NCBI GenBank assembly: GCA_963777505.1
Contig: CAVZQN010000002.1
Location: 1-51,475 of the forward strand
Length of the DNA stretch: 51,475 bases
Source: an uncultured bacterium
GTDB taxonomy: Bacteria; Acidobacteriota; HRBIN11; JAKEFK01
Reading direction: 5' to 3'
The notes beneath the pieces were generated by a model. The model was given only the letters and a program-made list of their open reading frames with translations, did not search any database and was not told the origin of the DNA. Below are positions 9,817 to 18,876 of this stretch, piece after piece; within the stretch, counting starts at the first letter, position 1, and every line of letters begins with the position of its first letter. A program made the position numbers and the translations under genes.

Positions 9817-10845
9817 TTATTTCTCCTTCATCGAATCATGCATGCCATTTAATGCCTTCATTCTTGGGAGGAATTTTTTTGCAATTTTTGCAACGACTGT
9901 GTAATTCGGATCAACAACCTGCACGACGTCCACTTCACCTGCTTGTGAACAAAGCTGATACGCATCCATCATTTCGAAACCGTATTCATCCACAAGCCAT
10001 AAAACCAATTCTTTGTAAGCAATGCGAAAAGCATCTTCCAGTGGGCGATACGAACCTGTCGTCATGATGTAGTCATCATTTTCGATACGCGGCCATGCGA
10101 TCGTTTTGCCTTTAATCAAATCGATTTTCAGTTTCACGTTTAGAGCGGCTTCGAGTGCGGTGCCGATAATTTCGCCTTCACCTTGCGCGAGATGTCCATC
10201 ACCAAAATGAAGAAGCGCTCCATCAACATTCACAGGCAAATAAACAGTGGCACCGTTGCGAATCTGATAGGCGTCCATATTGCCGCCATAAGCTTCCGGA
10301 GTGACGGTCCAGCGTGCTTCTCCACGTTGTGGTGCTGTTGCAATGCAGCCCAGGAACGGATTAATGGGGATTTCAAAAGTCCGGCTTCCTAATTTTGTAG
10401 TAGCCGTCCGCTTTTGCTTATCAACCGTATACCACCAAACCTTTTCAGGAAGATTTGGATTCAGAATCGCAGTGTAGTCGGTTCCACTCAATGCTCCGAA
10501 TCCAGGATACGCACTGCTGATTGCATGATCGCGAGCCGGCTGCAAATCGATAATGTGAACAGCAAGAGTATCGCCTGGTTTTGCTCCTTCTATATAGAAT
10601 GGACCTGTTTGTGGATTGTCATGACCAATGGGAGCAACTTGTGATGGGAGATCGGTCGGTTTTTTGACGGCGCCATCATAACAATCCTCGGTCCATGATT
10701 CGAGAATTGTGCCCGGCTTCAGATTCATCACCGGTTTGTGCGCGGCAAAAGTATATTTGAGCTCTTCGTGTTTAGGAATGTAACGGACAGTCTCGGCCAA
10801 AGAAACACTGGCAAACAGAATACACAACAACGTCATCCATAGCAT
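9817..10845 (-). CDS. Acetamidase/formamidase family protein with signal peptide
   Basis: NPQTGPFYIEGAKPGDTL, GGNMD, GDGHLAQGEGEI, DAYQLCS motifs. Confidence 0.9.
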   Translation of the reverse strand: MLWMTLLCILFASVSLAETVRYIPKHEELKYTFAAHKPVMNLKPGTILESWTEDCYDGAVKKPTDLPSQVAPIGHDNPQTGPFYIEGAKPGDTLAVHIIDLQPARDHAISSAYPGFGALSGTDYTAILNPNLPEKVWWYTVDKQKRTATTKLGSRTFEIPINPFLGCIATAPQRGEARWTVTPEAYGGNMDAYQIRNGATVYLPVNVDGALLHFGDGHLAQGEGEIIGTALEAALNVKLKIDLIKGKTIAWPRIENDDYIMTTGSYRPLEDAFRIAYKELVLWLVDEYGFEMMDAYQLCSQAGEVDVVQVVDPNYTVVAKIAKKFLPRMKALNGMHDSMKEK

Positions 10846-10865
10846 AGGTTAAGGTTGCTCCTAGT

Positions 10866-10937
10866 TAGGCGACCTTTGTAATCGCCTGTTTGTTCGTCAT
10901 ACAGAATTCGAAGGGCGGCCACAAGGGCCGCCACTAC
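10866..10937. repeat. Inverted pair of GTAG-type REP elements (second subfamily)
   Basis: taggcgacctttgtaatcgcct ... agggcggccacaagggccgccactac; related copy at 46560-46581. Confidence 0.7.
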
Positions 10938-10967
10938 CACAATGATAGGTGATCATACCTAGCGCCC

Positions 10968-11411
10968 CTACTGCGGTTGCGTTCGCTTTTGATCTCCCAG
11001 CAAATCTTCGAAAAGTTCGCGGAAATAAACCATCACCTTACGAAGGTCTTCGATGGTTGCTTCACCACGCGAATTGCGTTGCACAATAGGATCCGCCGCA
11101 CGATAGTTTTCGACGACTCTCTGGTGATCGACCGGAATATCCGCCGCGCGCTGTTCAAGATTGCCGACTGGAAGGCCGCAAGCATTCATGGCATCTCTCA
11201 CCACATGATCCGCTTCCATTACCGCCCGGGAAGGTTGATCCACAAATAGAGCTTGAAGAGAACGCCACCGTTCGGCAAGCAATCGATGTTGTTCATTTGA
11301 AAGCCGCCGCAGCCTAAAAGTTTCTGAACGCTTCTTGCGACGCAAAAGAATTACCGTTAATGCGACTACGACGAACAAGAATGTCAGCAAAATGTTGACA
11401 TTGGAATCCAC
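10968..11411 (-). CDS. Hypothetical membrane-anchored protein
   Basis: N-terminal TM; WRSLQALFVDQP...EAD and EDLR...YFRELFEDLL resemble a conserved hypothetical family; GGAGG RBS before GTG. Confidence 0.8.
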   Translation of the reverse strand: MDSNVNILLTFLFVVVALTVILLRRKKRSETFRLRRLSNEQHRLLAERWRSLQALFVDQPSRAVMEADHVVRDAMNACGLPVGNLEQRAADIPVDHQRVVENYRAADPIVQRNSRGEATIEDLRKVMVYFRELFEDLLGDQKRTQPQ

Positions 11412-11455
11412 TTTGCACCTCCACGTGCGTGAACTCTCTTATAAATATGTTTGGT

Positions 11456-12931
11456 CTAATATAGACTGGATTCTCGTTTACGGCCTGTAAAATCCATATA
11501 TACGGTTTTTGTTTCCGTATAAAATTCAAAAACTTCCGTCCCCATTTCTCGAGGTCCAATCCCCGTAGCTTTGGTTCCACCGAACGGCGCCTGCGCTTCC
11601 CCGCCAATTGTAGGTGAATTAATGTGAACTTTGCCCACCTCAGCAAGTTCAACGAATTTCAAACAACGATTGATGTCGCTGGAGTATAGCGAAGCTGACA
11701 GTCCAAATTCAACCGAATTCGCTAACTCAATACATTCTTCAAAAGTTTTTGCACGGATTACGCTGACGACTGGACCAAATATTTCTTCCTGTGCAATTCT
11801 CATTTTCGGATCAACATGATCAAACAAGGTGGGCTCTACAAAATAACCATGTTCGTAAGGAGAATTGGATAAACGATTTCCGCCACAGACTAATTTTGCT
11901 CCTTCCGATTCACCGATCTGAAGATAATTCATCACGGTTTGCAACTGCGATTCGTCAACAAGTGGACCCATATTTGTTTGCGGATCCAAACCATCTCCGA
12001 CGCGAATACGTCCCATTCGTGCCGTCAACATCTCAAGAAATTGATCAGCAACGGCTTCTTGAACGACGACACGGCTTGATGCTGTGCATCGCTGACCTGT
12101 CGATCCAAATCCACCTTGCGATACACCTTCCGCAGCAAGCGCAAGATCGGCGTCATCCAGAACGATAACAGGATTCTTTCCACCCATTTCGCATTGAACA
12201 CGAATTCCGCGCCGCGATCCTTTTTCATAAATGCTAAAACCAACTTGATTTGAACCCGTAAAGGAAACTGCGCGAACGTCAGGATGATTCACAAGTTCCT
12301 CACCCACTACATTCCCGCTTCCAAGCACAAGATTCAATACTCCCGGAGGCACTCCGGCTTCTTCGAAAATTTCAACAAGACGCACAGCGCAAAGCGGAGT
12401 CAACTCCGCAGGCTTAAATACAACTGTATTTCCTGAAACAAGTGCGGGTGCAATTTTCCAAACGGGAATTGCTATTGGGAAATTCCATGGTGTGATCAGC
12501 GCAACAACGCCAACCGGTTGGCGCAATGTATAAATGAAGTTGTTCGGAAGCTCAGAAGGAATTGTGACACCACCCAGGCGTCTTCCTTCACCTGCAGTAA
12601 ATTCAAGGATGTTGATTGAACGTTGAACTTCACCCCGCGAATCAGCGATCGTCTTCCCTTCTTCGCGTGTGAGTGTCGCTGCAAGCTCTTCGAGTCTGGA
12701 TCGCATCAGTTCGAGCGCACGGAATAATATTTTGCCGCGAACAGGCGCCGGCGTGTGACTCCACGATGGAAATGCTTCTTTCGCTGCTTCAACAGCGGCC
12801 CGCGCTTCTGTCGCTGCGGACAACGGAGACCGGCACAAAATTTCGCGCACATTCGCAGGATTCAAATCAGGCATCTGCATCGGCGAAGAGGATTCCACCC
12901 ATTGACCGTTGATGAAGTTTTTTAGCAGCAT
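11456..12931 (-). CDS. Aldehyde dehydrogenase (semialdehyde dehydrogenase-like)
   Basis: ITPWNFP, FTGS, EMGGKN, GQRCTA, EEIFGPV, PFGG. Confidence 0.95.
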   Translation of the reverse strand: MLLKNFINGQWVESSSPMQMPDLNPANVREILCRSPLSAATEARAAVEAAKEAFPSWSHTPAPVRGKILFRALELMRSRLEELAATLTREEGKTIADSRGEVQRSINILEFTAGEGRRLGGVTIPSELPNNFIYTLRQPVGVVALITPWNFPIAIPVWKIAPALVSGNTVVFKPAELTPLCAVRLVEIFEEAGVPPGVLNLVLGSGNVVGEELVNHPDVRAVSFTGSNQVGFSIYEKGSRRGIRVQCEMGGKNPVIVLDDADLALAAEGVSQGGFGSTGQRCTASSRVVVQEAVADQFLEMLTARMGRIRVGDGLDPQTNMGPLVDESQLQTVMNYLQIGESEGAKLVCGGNRLSNSPYEHGYFVEPTLFDHVDPKMRIAQEEIFGPVVSVIRAKTFEECIELANSVEFGLSASLYSSDINRCLKFVELAEVGKVHINSPTIGGEAQAPFGGTKATGIGPREMGTEVFEFYTETKTVYMDFTGRKRESSLY

Positions 12932-12934
12932 ACG

Positions 12935-14270
12935 TTAAGTAATAACTTGCTCATCAGCGATCCGCAATGCAGAATCCAATGCATCGATTCCGGAGTCCAG
13001 CTCTTCGCGAGAAATAATCAATGGAGGCGCAATCACAATATGATTCACCCATCCAAGCGCGTACACCCCATTCTTCATCATTTCAGCAGTAACACGATCC
13101 ACAACTAGCGGTTGATTCGTTACTTTGTCCTTGAATGTATTGAATTGTTCGCGGGTCTTTTGATTCTTCGCAAGATCAACGGCCCAAAACAAACCAAGAC
13201 CGCGAACTTCACCCACTGAAGGATGCCGCGCTTTCATTGCTTGCAAACGTTCACCTAAATAATTTCCCATTTCCTGCGATCGTTGAATCAGATTTAGCCG
13301 GTGATATTCACGAACCGATGCAACACCGGCAGCCAGCGTCAGCGGATGCGCTTCATATGTATGTCCATGCGCGAAATAGTGATCAGCAAAGTGATCTGCA
13401 ATCTTTTGCGTTGTTGCGCAAAGACCCAATGGAATATACGCAGACGTAATTCCTTTGGCGGTCGTAAGAATATCTGGCACAACATTCCAATGATCCATCG
13501 CGAACCATTTTCCTGTACGACCCCAGCCTGACATCACTTCATCTGCAATCAACAAAACATCATGCTTGTTGCAAATTTCGCGAAGCCTTGGCATATACTC
13601 CGGCGGAGGAACGATCACGCCATTCGTTCCAACGACAGGTTCCACAATTACAGCAGCAACGTCCCCTTCGTTTTCGATCATATGATCGATGTATTCAACG
13701 CAAGCAACACCGCATTGTGGATATGTGTGCTTAATCGGACAGCGATAGCAGTACACTTCAGGAGCGAAAATCACATTGTGAATTTTACTTGCTGGTTCAG
13801 CTGACCATCGTCGTCGGATCTCCTGTCGCCGCAACGGAACCTGCAGTGGAGCCATGATAGGAACGATAACGCGAAATAATCTTCGAACGGCCTGTGTACA
13901 TTCGCGCAATTTTGAAAGCAGCTTCATTTGCTTCCGTTCCTGAACATGTAAAAAAGAATTTTTGCAGCCCGCGTGGCAGAACTTCTAAAAGCAAATTGCT
14001 CAGCTCGGCGCGTACGGTCGTTGCAAAACCAGGCGATACATAAGCCAGCTGTTGTGCTTGCTCCTGTATCGCCTTTATCACTGCAGGATTTTTATGGCCC
14101 AGTTGCACACACATTAACTGAGATGAAAAATCCAGATACTTTTTGCCGCTTGCATCGGTGAAGAAACAACCTTCTGCATCGACAACATGAAGTGGCTTCC
14201 AGTTTTTCTGATAACGCCAGGTTCCGTACGTAAGTTGTGCTGTCAAATCGGAAACACTTTGTTCTTGCAT
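12935..14270 (-). pseudogene. Class III (omega-amino acid) aminotransferase split by an apparent frameshift near 13814 (pseudogene or sequencing error)
   Basis: N-half (YLDFSSQ, SGTEANE, SYHG) joins C-half (EPVVG, DEVMSGWGRTG, TAKG, GHTY) as ...ATGDP|RRWSAEP if one base is removed. Confidence 0.85.
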
Positions 14271-14348
14271 GATCCGAATAAAACAGAAAGCTACGTATCA
14301 GTCAAGCCATAGGGAAAACCACGGAGTCACGGAGAACACCGAGCTAGC

Positions 14349-14798
14349 TCAGAACATTCCTTTCCGCAAATTGATTCCGTATTCGATGTATGCCTTCAGT
14401 GAGCAACTCATCTGCATCCATCCCTGGCAGTTTCCGTAAGAGCTTTCCAATCCTTCCTGAGTTTCTTTCCATCCGGATTCGGAAATCGTCACTAGAGTCG
14501 AATTAGGATCGATCGCTTCAAACTGCATTTCAACCGTTGTGTCATAAGGATCTTTGTCGCTTTCGTAAGCTTGCCACTGAAAGACAATCAGCTTGTTGGC
14601 AACGACTTGTTTGACATGAACCGGGAATGCTCCAGGATAGTCTGCGAACTCCCACATCACTGTTTTGCCTTCGTCCAATGGAGCGCTGGCACCAGCAGTT
14701 GTAAAATAACCACTTAATTTTTTAGGATTGTAAACTGCATCAAAGACTTCGCTCACCGGTTTTTGAATTTTTGACTGAACTTTAAATCGAAGATCCAT
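14349..14798 (-). CDS. SRPBCC/AHSA1 (YndB-like) ligand-binding protein
   Basis: PVSEVFDAV...GW...SYGNCQGW...LKAYIEYGINLR; divergent from an ArsR gene; GGAGG RBS. Confidence 0.85.
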   Translation of the reverse strand: MDLRFKVQSKIQKPVSEVFDAVYNPKKLSGYFTTAGASAPLDEGKTVMWEFADYPGAFPVHVKQVVANKLIVFQWQAYESDKDPYDTTVEMQFEAIDPNSTLVTISESGWKETQEGLESSYGNCQGWMQMSCSLKAYIEYGINLRKGMF

Positions 14799-14826
14799 AG
14801 CATTTTCCTCCGTATACGTGTATAAT

Positions 14827-14846
14827 ATGTTATAATATTATAACAT
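14827..14846. promoter_or_regulatory. Perfect 20-bp palindrome, candidate ArsR operator
   Basis: ATGTTATAATATTATAACAT contains TATAAT and overlaps the ArsR ATG. Confidence 0.7.
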
Positions 14847-15171
14847 GTCAAGAATCAATAAAGATGATCTGCTTTTTAAGGCGCTTGCCGACCATCGCCG
14901 TCGGGAAATTCTCGATCTCCTGAAAGACAACCGGAGAACGACCGGTGAAATATGCGCTCATTTCAAGAAACTGGATCGTTGTACAGTGATGCAACATCTT
15001 GGAGTTCTTGAAAAAGCCGGATTAATCACTGTGAAAAGAGAAGGACGATTCCGTTGGAACTATTTGAATGTTGTTCCAATCAAAGATATTTACGACCGGT
15101 GGATCAATCAATATGCAGTATCAGCGGTAAAACTACTCGCCAAATTGAAGCATGATCTGGAAGCTGAATAA
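14845..15171 (+). CDS. ArsR/SmtB family transcriptional regulator
   Basis: FKALADHRRREILDLL...HLGVLEKAGLI...REGR. Confidence 0.92.
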   Translation: MSRINKDDLLFKALADHRRREILDLLKDNRRTTGEICAHFKKLDRCTVMQHLGVLEKAGLITVKREGRFRWNYLNVVPIKDIYDRWINQYAVSAVKLLAKLKHDLEAE

Positions 15172-15203
15172 AAGAAGTCGCATGATAGACTTTTCAAACA
15201 TCC

Positions 15204-15863
15204 ATGGCACTCAATACTGTAGATCGTTGGGTCGTTGCATCCGTAATTTTGTCTTTCATTGGAGTCGCTTCGGCCGCATTGGTGCACAATCCCCTGCCGA
15301 TTGGCATCTCAGCGTTTATCATCATTGCAATTCTGATTCTTGCTTGCGTCCGAACGAAAAGTCCACGATTAGGATGGCTATTAATTTTTGGATTGATCGC
15401 CGGAGTTGGAGAACTCTGGGCAGATTGGATTCATGTTGAATATTTCCGCTCCTTGGTCTATCTCGATTATTTTGGATTTCGGATTGTCGCCTCTCCATCT
15501 TATATGCCGGTTGGTTGGTGGATCACAGTTGTTCAATTTGGTTATCTCGCATTAAGACTCACCGATCGGTACCCTGTCTGGATTGCAATCGCAATTCCAA
15601 CTTTTTTTGGAATGTTACTTCCACCATGGTATGAGCAATTCGCAGCACCTGCGCGTGCCTGGTACTACACGCCGCATGGCGTCATGCTTTCCAATACACC
15701 GCTGTGGGTCATTCCTACGTATGGCGGTTGTATGTTTGCTGTAGCTTGCGCAGCTCTGTTTCTTTACAATCCTCATGCGCGAAGCACAGCGATCCTGGGC
15801 GGATTTTTCGCAAGCGCTTCTTTCCTTTTTTCCAGCGTATTCTGGTTCGCTTTGTTGGGTTAA
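15204..15863 (+). CDS. Hypothetical multi-pass membrane protein
   Basis: About six hydrophobic segments; stop overlaps next start (TAATG). Confidence 0.75.
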   Translation: MALNTVDRWVVASVILSFIGVASAALVHNPLPIGISAFIIIAILILACVRTKSPRLGWLLIFGLIAGVGELWADWIHVEYFRSLVYLDYFGFRIVASPSYMPVGWWITVVQFGYLALRLTDRYPVWIAIAIPTFFGMLLPPWYEQFAAPARAWYYTPHGVMLSNTPLWVIPTYGGCMFAVACAALFLYNPHARSTAILGGFFASASFLFSSVFWFALLG

Positions 15864-17227
15864 TGATGTTACCGATCGAAAAAGCATGTTACTGGATGGC
15901 GACTGCCCCCACCTCAAGTTTGCCGTCTTTGCAAGAAACTATCAAAGTCGATGTTGGAATCATAGGTGCTGGATTTACAGGACTTTGGACGTCGTTGTTC
16001 TTGAAAGAATTAGATCCATCGATCGATGTTGCGATCGTAGAAAAACAAGTTGCGGGATACGGAGGAAGCGGACGCAACGCCGGTATTCTTGGCACAACGA
16101 TCGATCATTCTCATGAACTTGCGATCATCCACTTTGGGCACGAGGAAGCCAAACAACTCGCAATTTTGGGTCAACAAAATGTAAAAGAAATGCAGGATTT
16201 TTTCCAGGAACAATTAGATTGCGATTACGAACCAACAGGGCGCCTTCTTGTTGCATTAACTCAAAATCAAGTCGAAGAATGCAAGCGCGCAATCGATGCT
16301 GCTGCAAAACTTGGAATCAACCACTATACACTTCTAAACGCTCAAGAAACGCAATCTGAAATTCAGAGTCCGTTGTATTTAGGAGGGATCGCATCTTCAG
16401 GCGGCGGAGTTTTGAATCCAATGAAACTCATCAACGGCCTGAAGCATGTTGCACAACAACGTGGCGTCCGAATTTTTGAACAGTCTTCAGTCAACAAACT
16501 GGATGCAGGCATCATTGAAACTGAGAAAGGACAAATTGAAGCAGACAAAGTCATTCTGGCCACCGATTCCTATTCACATTTTGTCGCGCCTCAGTTGCTT
16601 CATCGCTTCATTCCTTTGTACGACTACATTATTGTCAGTGAACGGTTGACCGATTCGCAAATGAAATCGATCGGATGGAAAAATCGGCAAGGAGTCACCG
16701 ATGCTCGGACTTTTTTCAATTATTACCGCTTGACCCGTGACAATCGTATTGTTTGGGGTACTAGCGAAGCACAATATTATTCGCCTAACCGGGTTGATGC
16801 TTCATGTGATCATTCCGAGGCGCACTACAACGCGCTCAAGGAAAGTTTTGTGAACCATTTCCCCCAAATCCGTGAGTTAAAATTTGAGTTCGCGTGGGGT
16901 GGTCCGATTGCTTCAACAACACGTTTGACTCCGTTTTTCGGAAATCTTCATCACGGACGCACGTTATATGCGCTCGGTTATACGGGTCATGGAATCGGAA
17001 GCACGCGATTAGCGGGCAAAATTCTCGCGCACACAGCATTGGGAAAAAACAGTGACTTACTCCATCTTGCAATCGTTCGGAACAAACCGATGCCCTATCC
17101 ACCGGAACCATTTCGGAAATTTGCAGTCAATGCTGTAACAAATGCGTTGCGGACTACAGATCGCGGAGGCAAAGAAAATTTGCTTCTGAAATTCTTAAAC
17201 CGTCTAGGGATAGGCTTCTCTTCTTAA
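15863..17227 (+). CDS. FAD-dependent oxidoreductase, DAO/PuuB-like
   Basis: IIGAGFTGLWT, GGSGRNAG, WGGPI, GYTGHGIG; start moved to ATG 15863, coupled to the upstream stop. Confidence 0.88.
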   Translation: MMLPIEKACYWMATAPTSSLPSLQETIKVDVGIIGAGFTGLWTSLFLKELDPSIDVAIVEKQVAGYGGSGRNAGILGTTIDHSHELAIIHFGHEEAKQLAILGQQNVKEMQDFFQEQLDCDYEPTGRLLVALTQNQVEECKRAIDAAAKLGINHYTLLNAQETQSEIQSPLYLGGIASSGGGVLNPMKLINGLKHVAQQRGVRIFEQSSVNKLDAGIIETEKGQIEADKVILATDSYSHFVAPQLLHRFIPLYDYIIVSERLTDSQMKSIGWKNRQGVTDARTFFNYYRLTRDNRIVWGTSEAQYYSPNRVDASCDHSEAHYNALKESFVNHFPQIRELKFEFAWGGPIASTTRLTPFFGNLHHGRTLYALGYTGHGIGSTRLAGKILAHTALGKNSDLLHLAIVRNKPMPYPPEPFRKFAVNAVTNALRTTDRGGKENLLLKFLNRLGIGFSS

Positions 17228-18549
17228 AACTGCGGAGGTTGAGTCAGTATGCGGCGAGAAGAATGAAGATCATAAGCGCTCCTGATCAAAGTTCGCTGCG
17301 AAAATGGGCTAAATGCGAGAGGCGCAATAAATGCAAATGGCAAAAGCTCTCCCCACTTTAGAGAAAGGCTAAGTGGTGAGATTGCCCAGATCGCATCCAA
17401 AATAAAAAACACAGGAAATGCTTGCCGATATCGCACGCCGGTTGAAACATGATCAAGCAAAACAGAACTGATCAAATATAACCGGACAGCCATTCCAATT
17501 GGTGCTGTAATCAAAAGGATCCACGCAACGATCTCCCCAACTTGAGCTCCCAAAATATTCTGCAATCCTAACTGCAGTGGAAGCGCCCATCTCAGTGCAG
17601 CAACATACATCGCGACATAAACAAACTGCAGAACGACAAATAGCACTCTTGCCGGTGTGCGCCGCAAGTCATATTCCGGACGTCGAACTACATGAATACT
17701 TCCAGCGGAATCTCCTGCAAGCTGATTCTTAACCGACTGCAAATCGTGAATAATCTCTTTCATGTTTTGATAGCGTTCAGTAACTTCTTTTTTTAGACAC
17801 TGCGAAATGATTTGTACCAGGTCCGCAGGAAGATCAGACCTCAACGATTGAATTGGTTCCGGATCACGATACAAGATTTGCCCAAGGACAGCCTTGAAAT
17901 CTTCGCCTGAAAACGGACGCCGTCCTGAAACCATTTCATAAAGCATGACTCCGAAACTAAAAATATCGGAACGGTGATCCAAATCTTTTCCAAGTGTTTG
18001 TTCCGGACTCATGTAATGCGGCGTACCCAAAATCATTCCACTGCTTGTTCGTGTCGGAACTTCAGAAGGCGGAACCGCTTCTGCTGTCTGAACTTTCGCA
18101 AGTCCAAAATCCAAAATCTTTACCTGGCCTGAGGGTGTCAGCATTACATTCGATGGTTTGATATCGCGATGCACAATGCCACGGTCATGCGCGGCTTGAA
18201 GCGCTTCCGCAACATGCAAAGCAATTTGCAAACTTTCATCAATTCCTAATTTTCCATGCGTTAATCGCGATTCCAGTGTTTCTCCTTCAACGTATTCCAT
18301 CGAAATGAAATGGATTTCGCCCTCTTGAGCGATTTCATGAATTTGAATGACTGAAGGATGAGCCAAACTTGAAGCAGCCCGAGCTTCTCGGAGAAAACGT
18401 TGGAGACGTCCCGGATCTTTGGCAATTTCAGCGGGCAAAACTTTTAAGGCAACTCTACGATCCAATTGTGGATCGAGCGCTTCATAGACATCGCCCATTC
18501 CACCGGATGCTATTTTGCGGAGGATTTGATATCGAGCAATGCGTTCCAC
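17224..18549 (-). CDS. Hanks-type Ser/Thr protein kinase with C-terminal multi-TM region
   Basis: GGMGDVY, VALK, HRDIKPSN, DFGLAK, GTPHYMSPEQ; about four hydrophobic segments at the C-terminus. Confidence 0.92.
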   Translation of the reverse strand: MERIARYQILRKIASGGMGDVYEALDPQLDRRVALKVLPAEIAKDPGRLQRFLREARAASSLAHPSVIQIHEIAQEGEIHFISMEYVEGETLESRLTHGKLGIDESLQIALHVAEALQAAHDRGIVHRDIKPSNVMLTPSGQVKILDFGLAKVQTAEAVPPSEVPTRTSSGMILGTPHYMSPEQTLGKDLDHRSDIFSFGVMLYEMVSGRRPFSGEDFKAVLGQILYRDPEPIQSLRSDLPADLVQIISQCLKKEVTERYQNMKEIIHDLQSVKNQLAGDSAGSIHVVRRPEYDLRRTPARVLFVVLQFVYVAMYVAALRWALPLQLGLQNILGAQVGEIVAWILLITAPIGMAVRLYLISSVLLDHVSTGVRYRQAFPVFFILDAIWAISPLSLSLKWGELLPFAFIAPLAFSPFSQRTLIRSAYDLHSSRRILTQPPQF

Positions 18550-18562
18550 AGGAACAATTGTA

Positions 18563-18870
18563 TTTCAACACGAAGACACTAAGACACTAGCGTTTTTGGA
18601 AATAATTCACCACGGAGTCACGGAGTATTGGATCGTTGTCGATTTCGTTCGCGTAGCGAACGAGGCTGAGAATAGAGCCCAAAACAAAATCTGAATGGTT
18701 TCAGAAATTCAGTTATTCTTAATTAAGAAAGTTTTGTTTTGGGCTCTATTCTCAGCCTTTCCGGAAAATCGACAACGATCCAATCCCACGGAGTTAGCTC
18801 CGTGCTCTCCGTGACTCTGTGGTAAATCTTTTTGGTTACCCTTTTGCTTCTTTGTGCCTTAGTGTTGAAA
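18563..18870. repeat. ~310-bp nested inverted repeat (four paired arms plus side hairpins)
   Basis: 18563-18579/18854-18870 (15/17), 18609-18625/18807-18823 (16/17), 18627-18645/18766-18784 (19/19), 18663-18689/18732-18758 (27/27). Confidence 0.9.
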
Positions 18871-18876
18871 ACCGAT

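Noticed and set aside
15704-15862. Longer start for the FAD oxidoreductase
   Set aside because: Overlaps the upstream membrane gene; TAATG coupling at 15861-15865 gives a better start.
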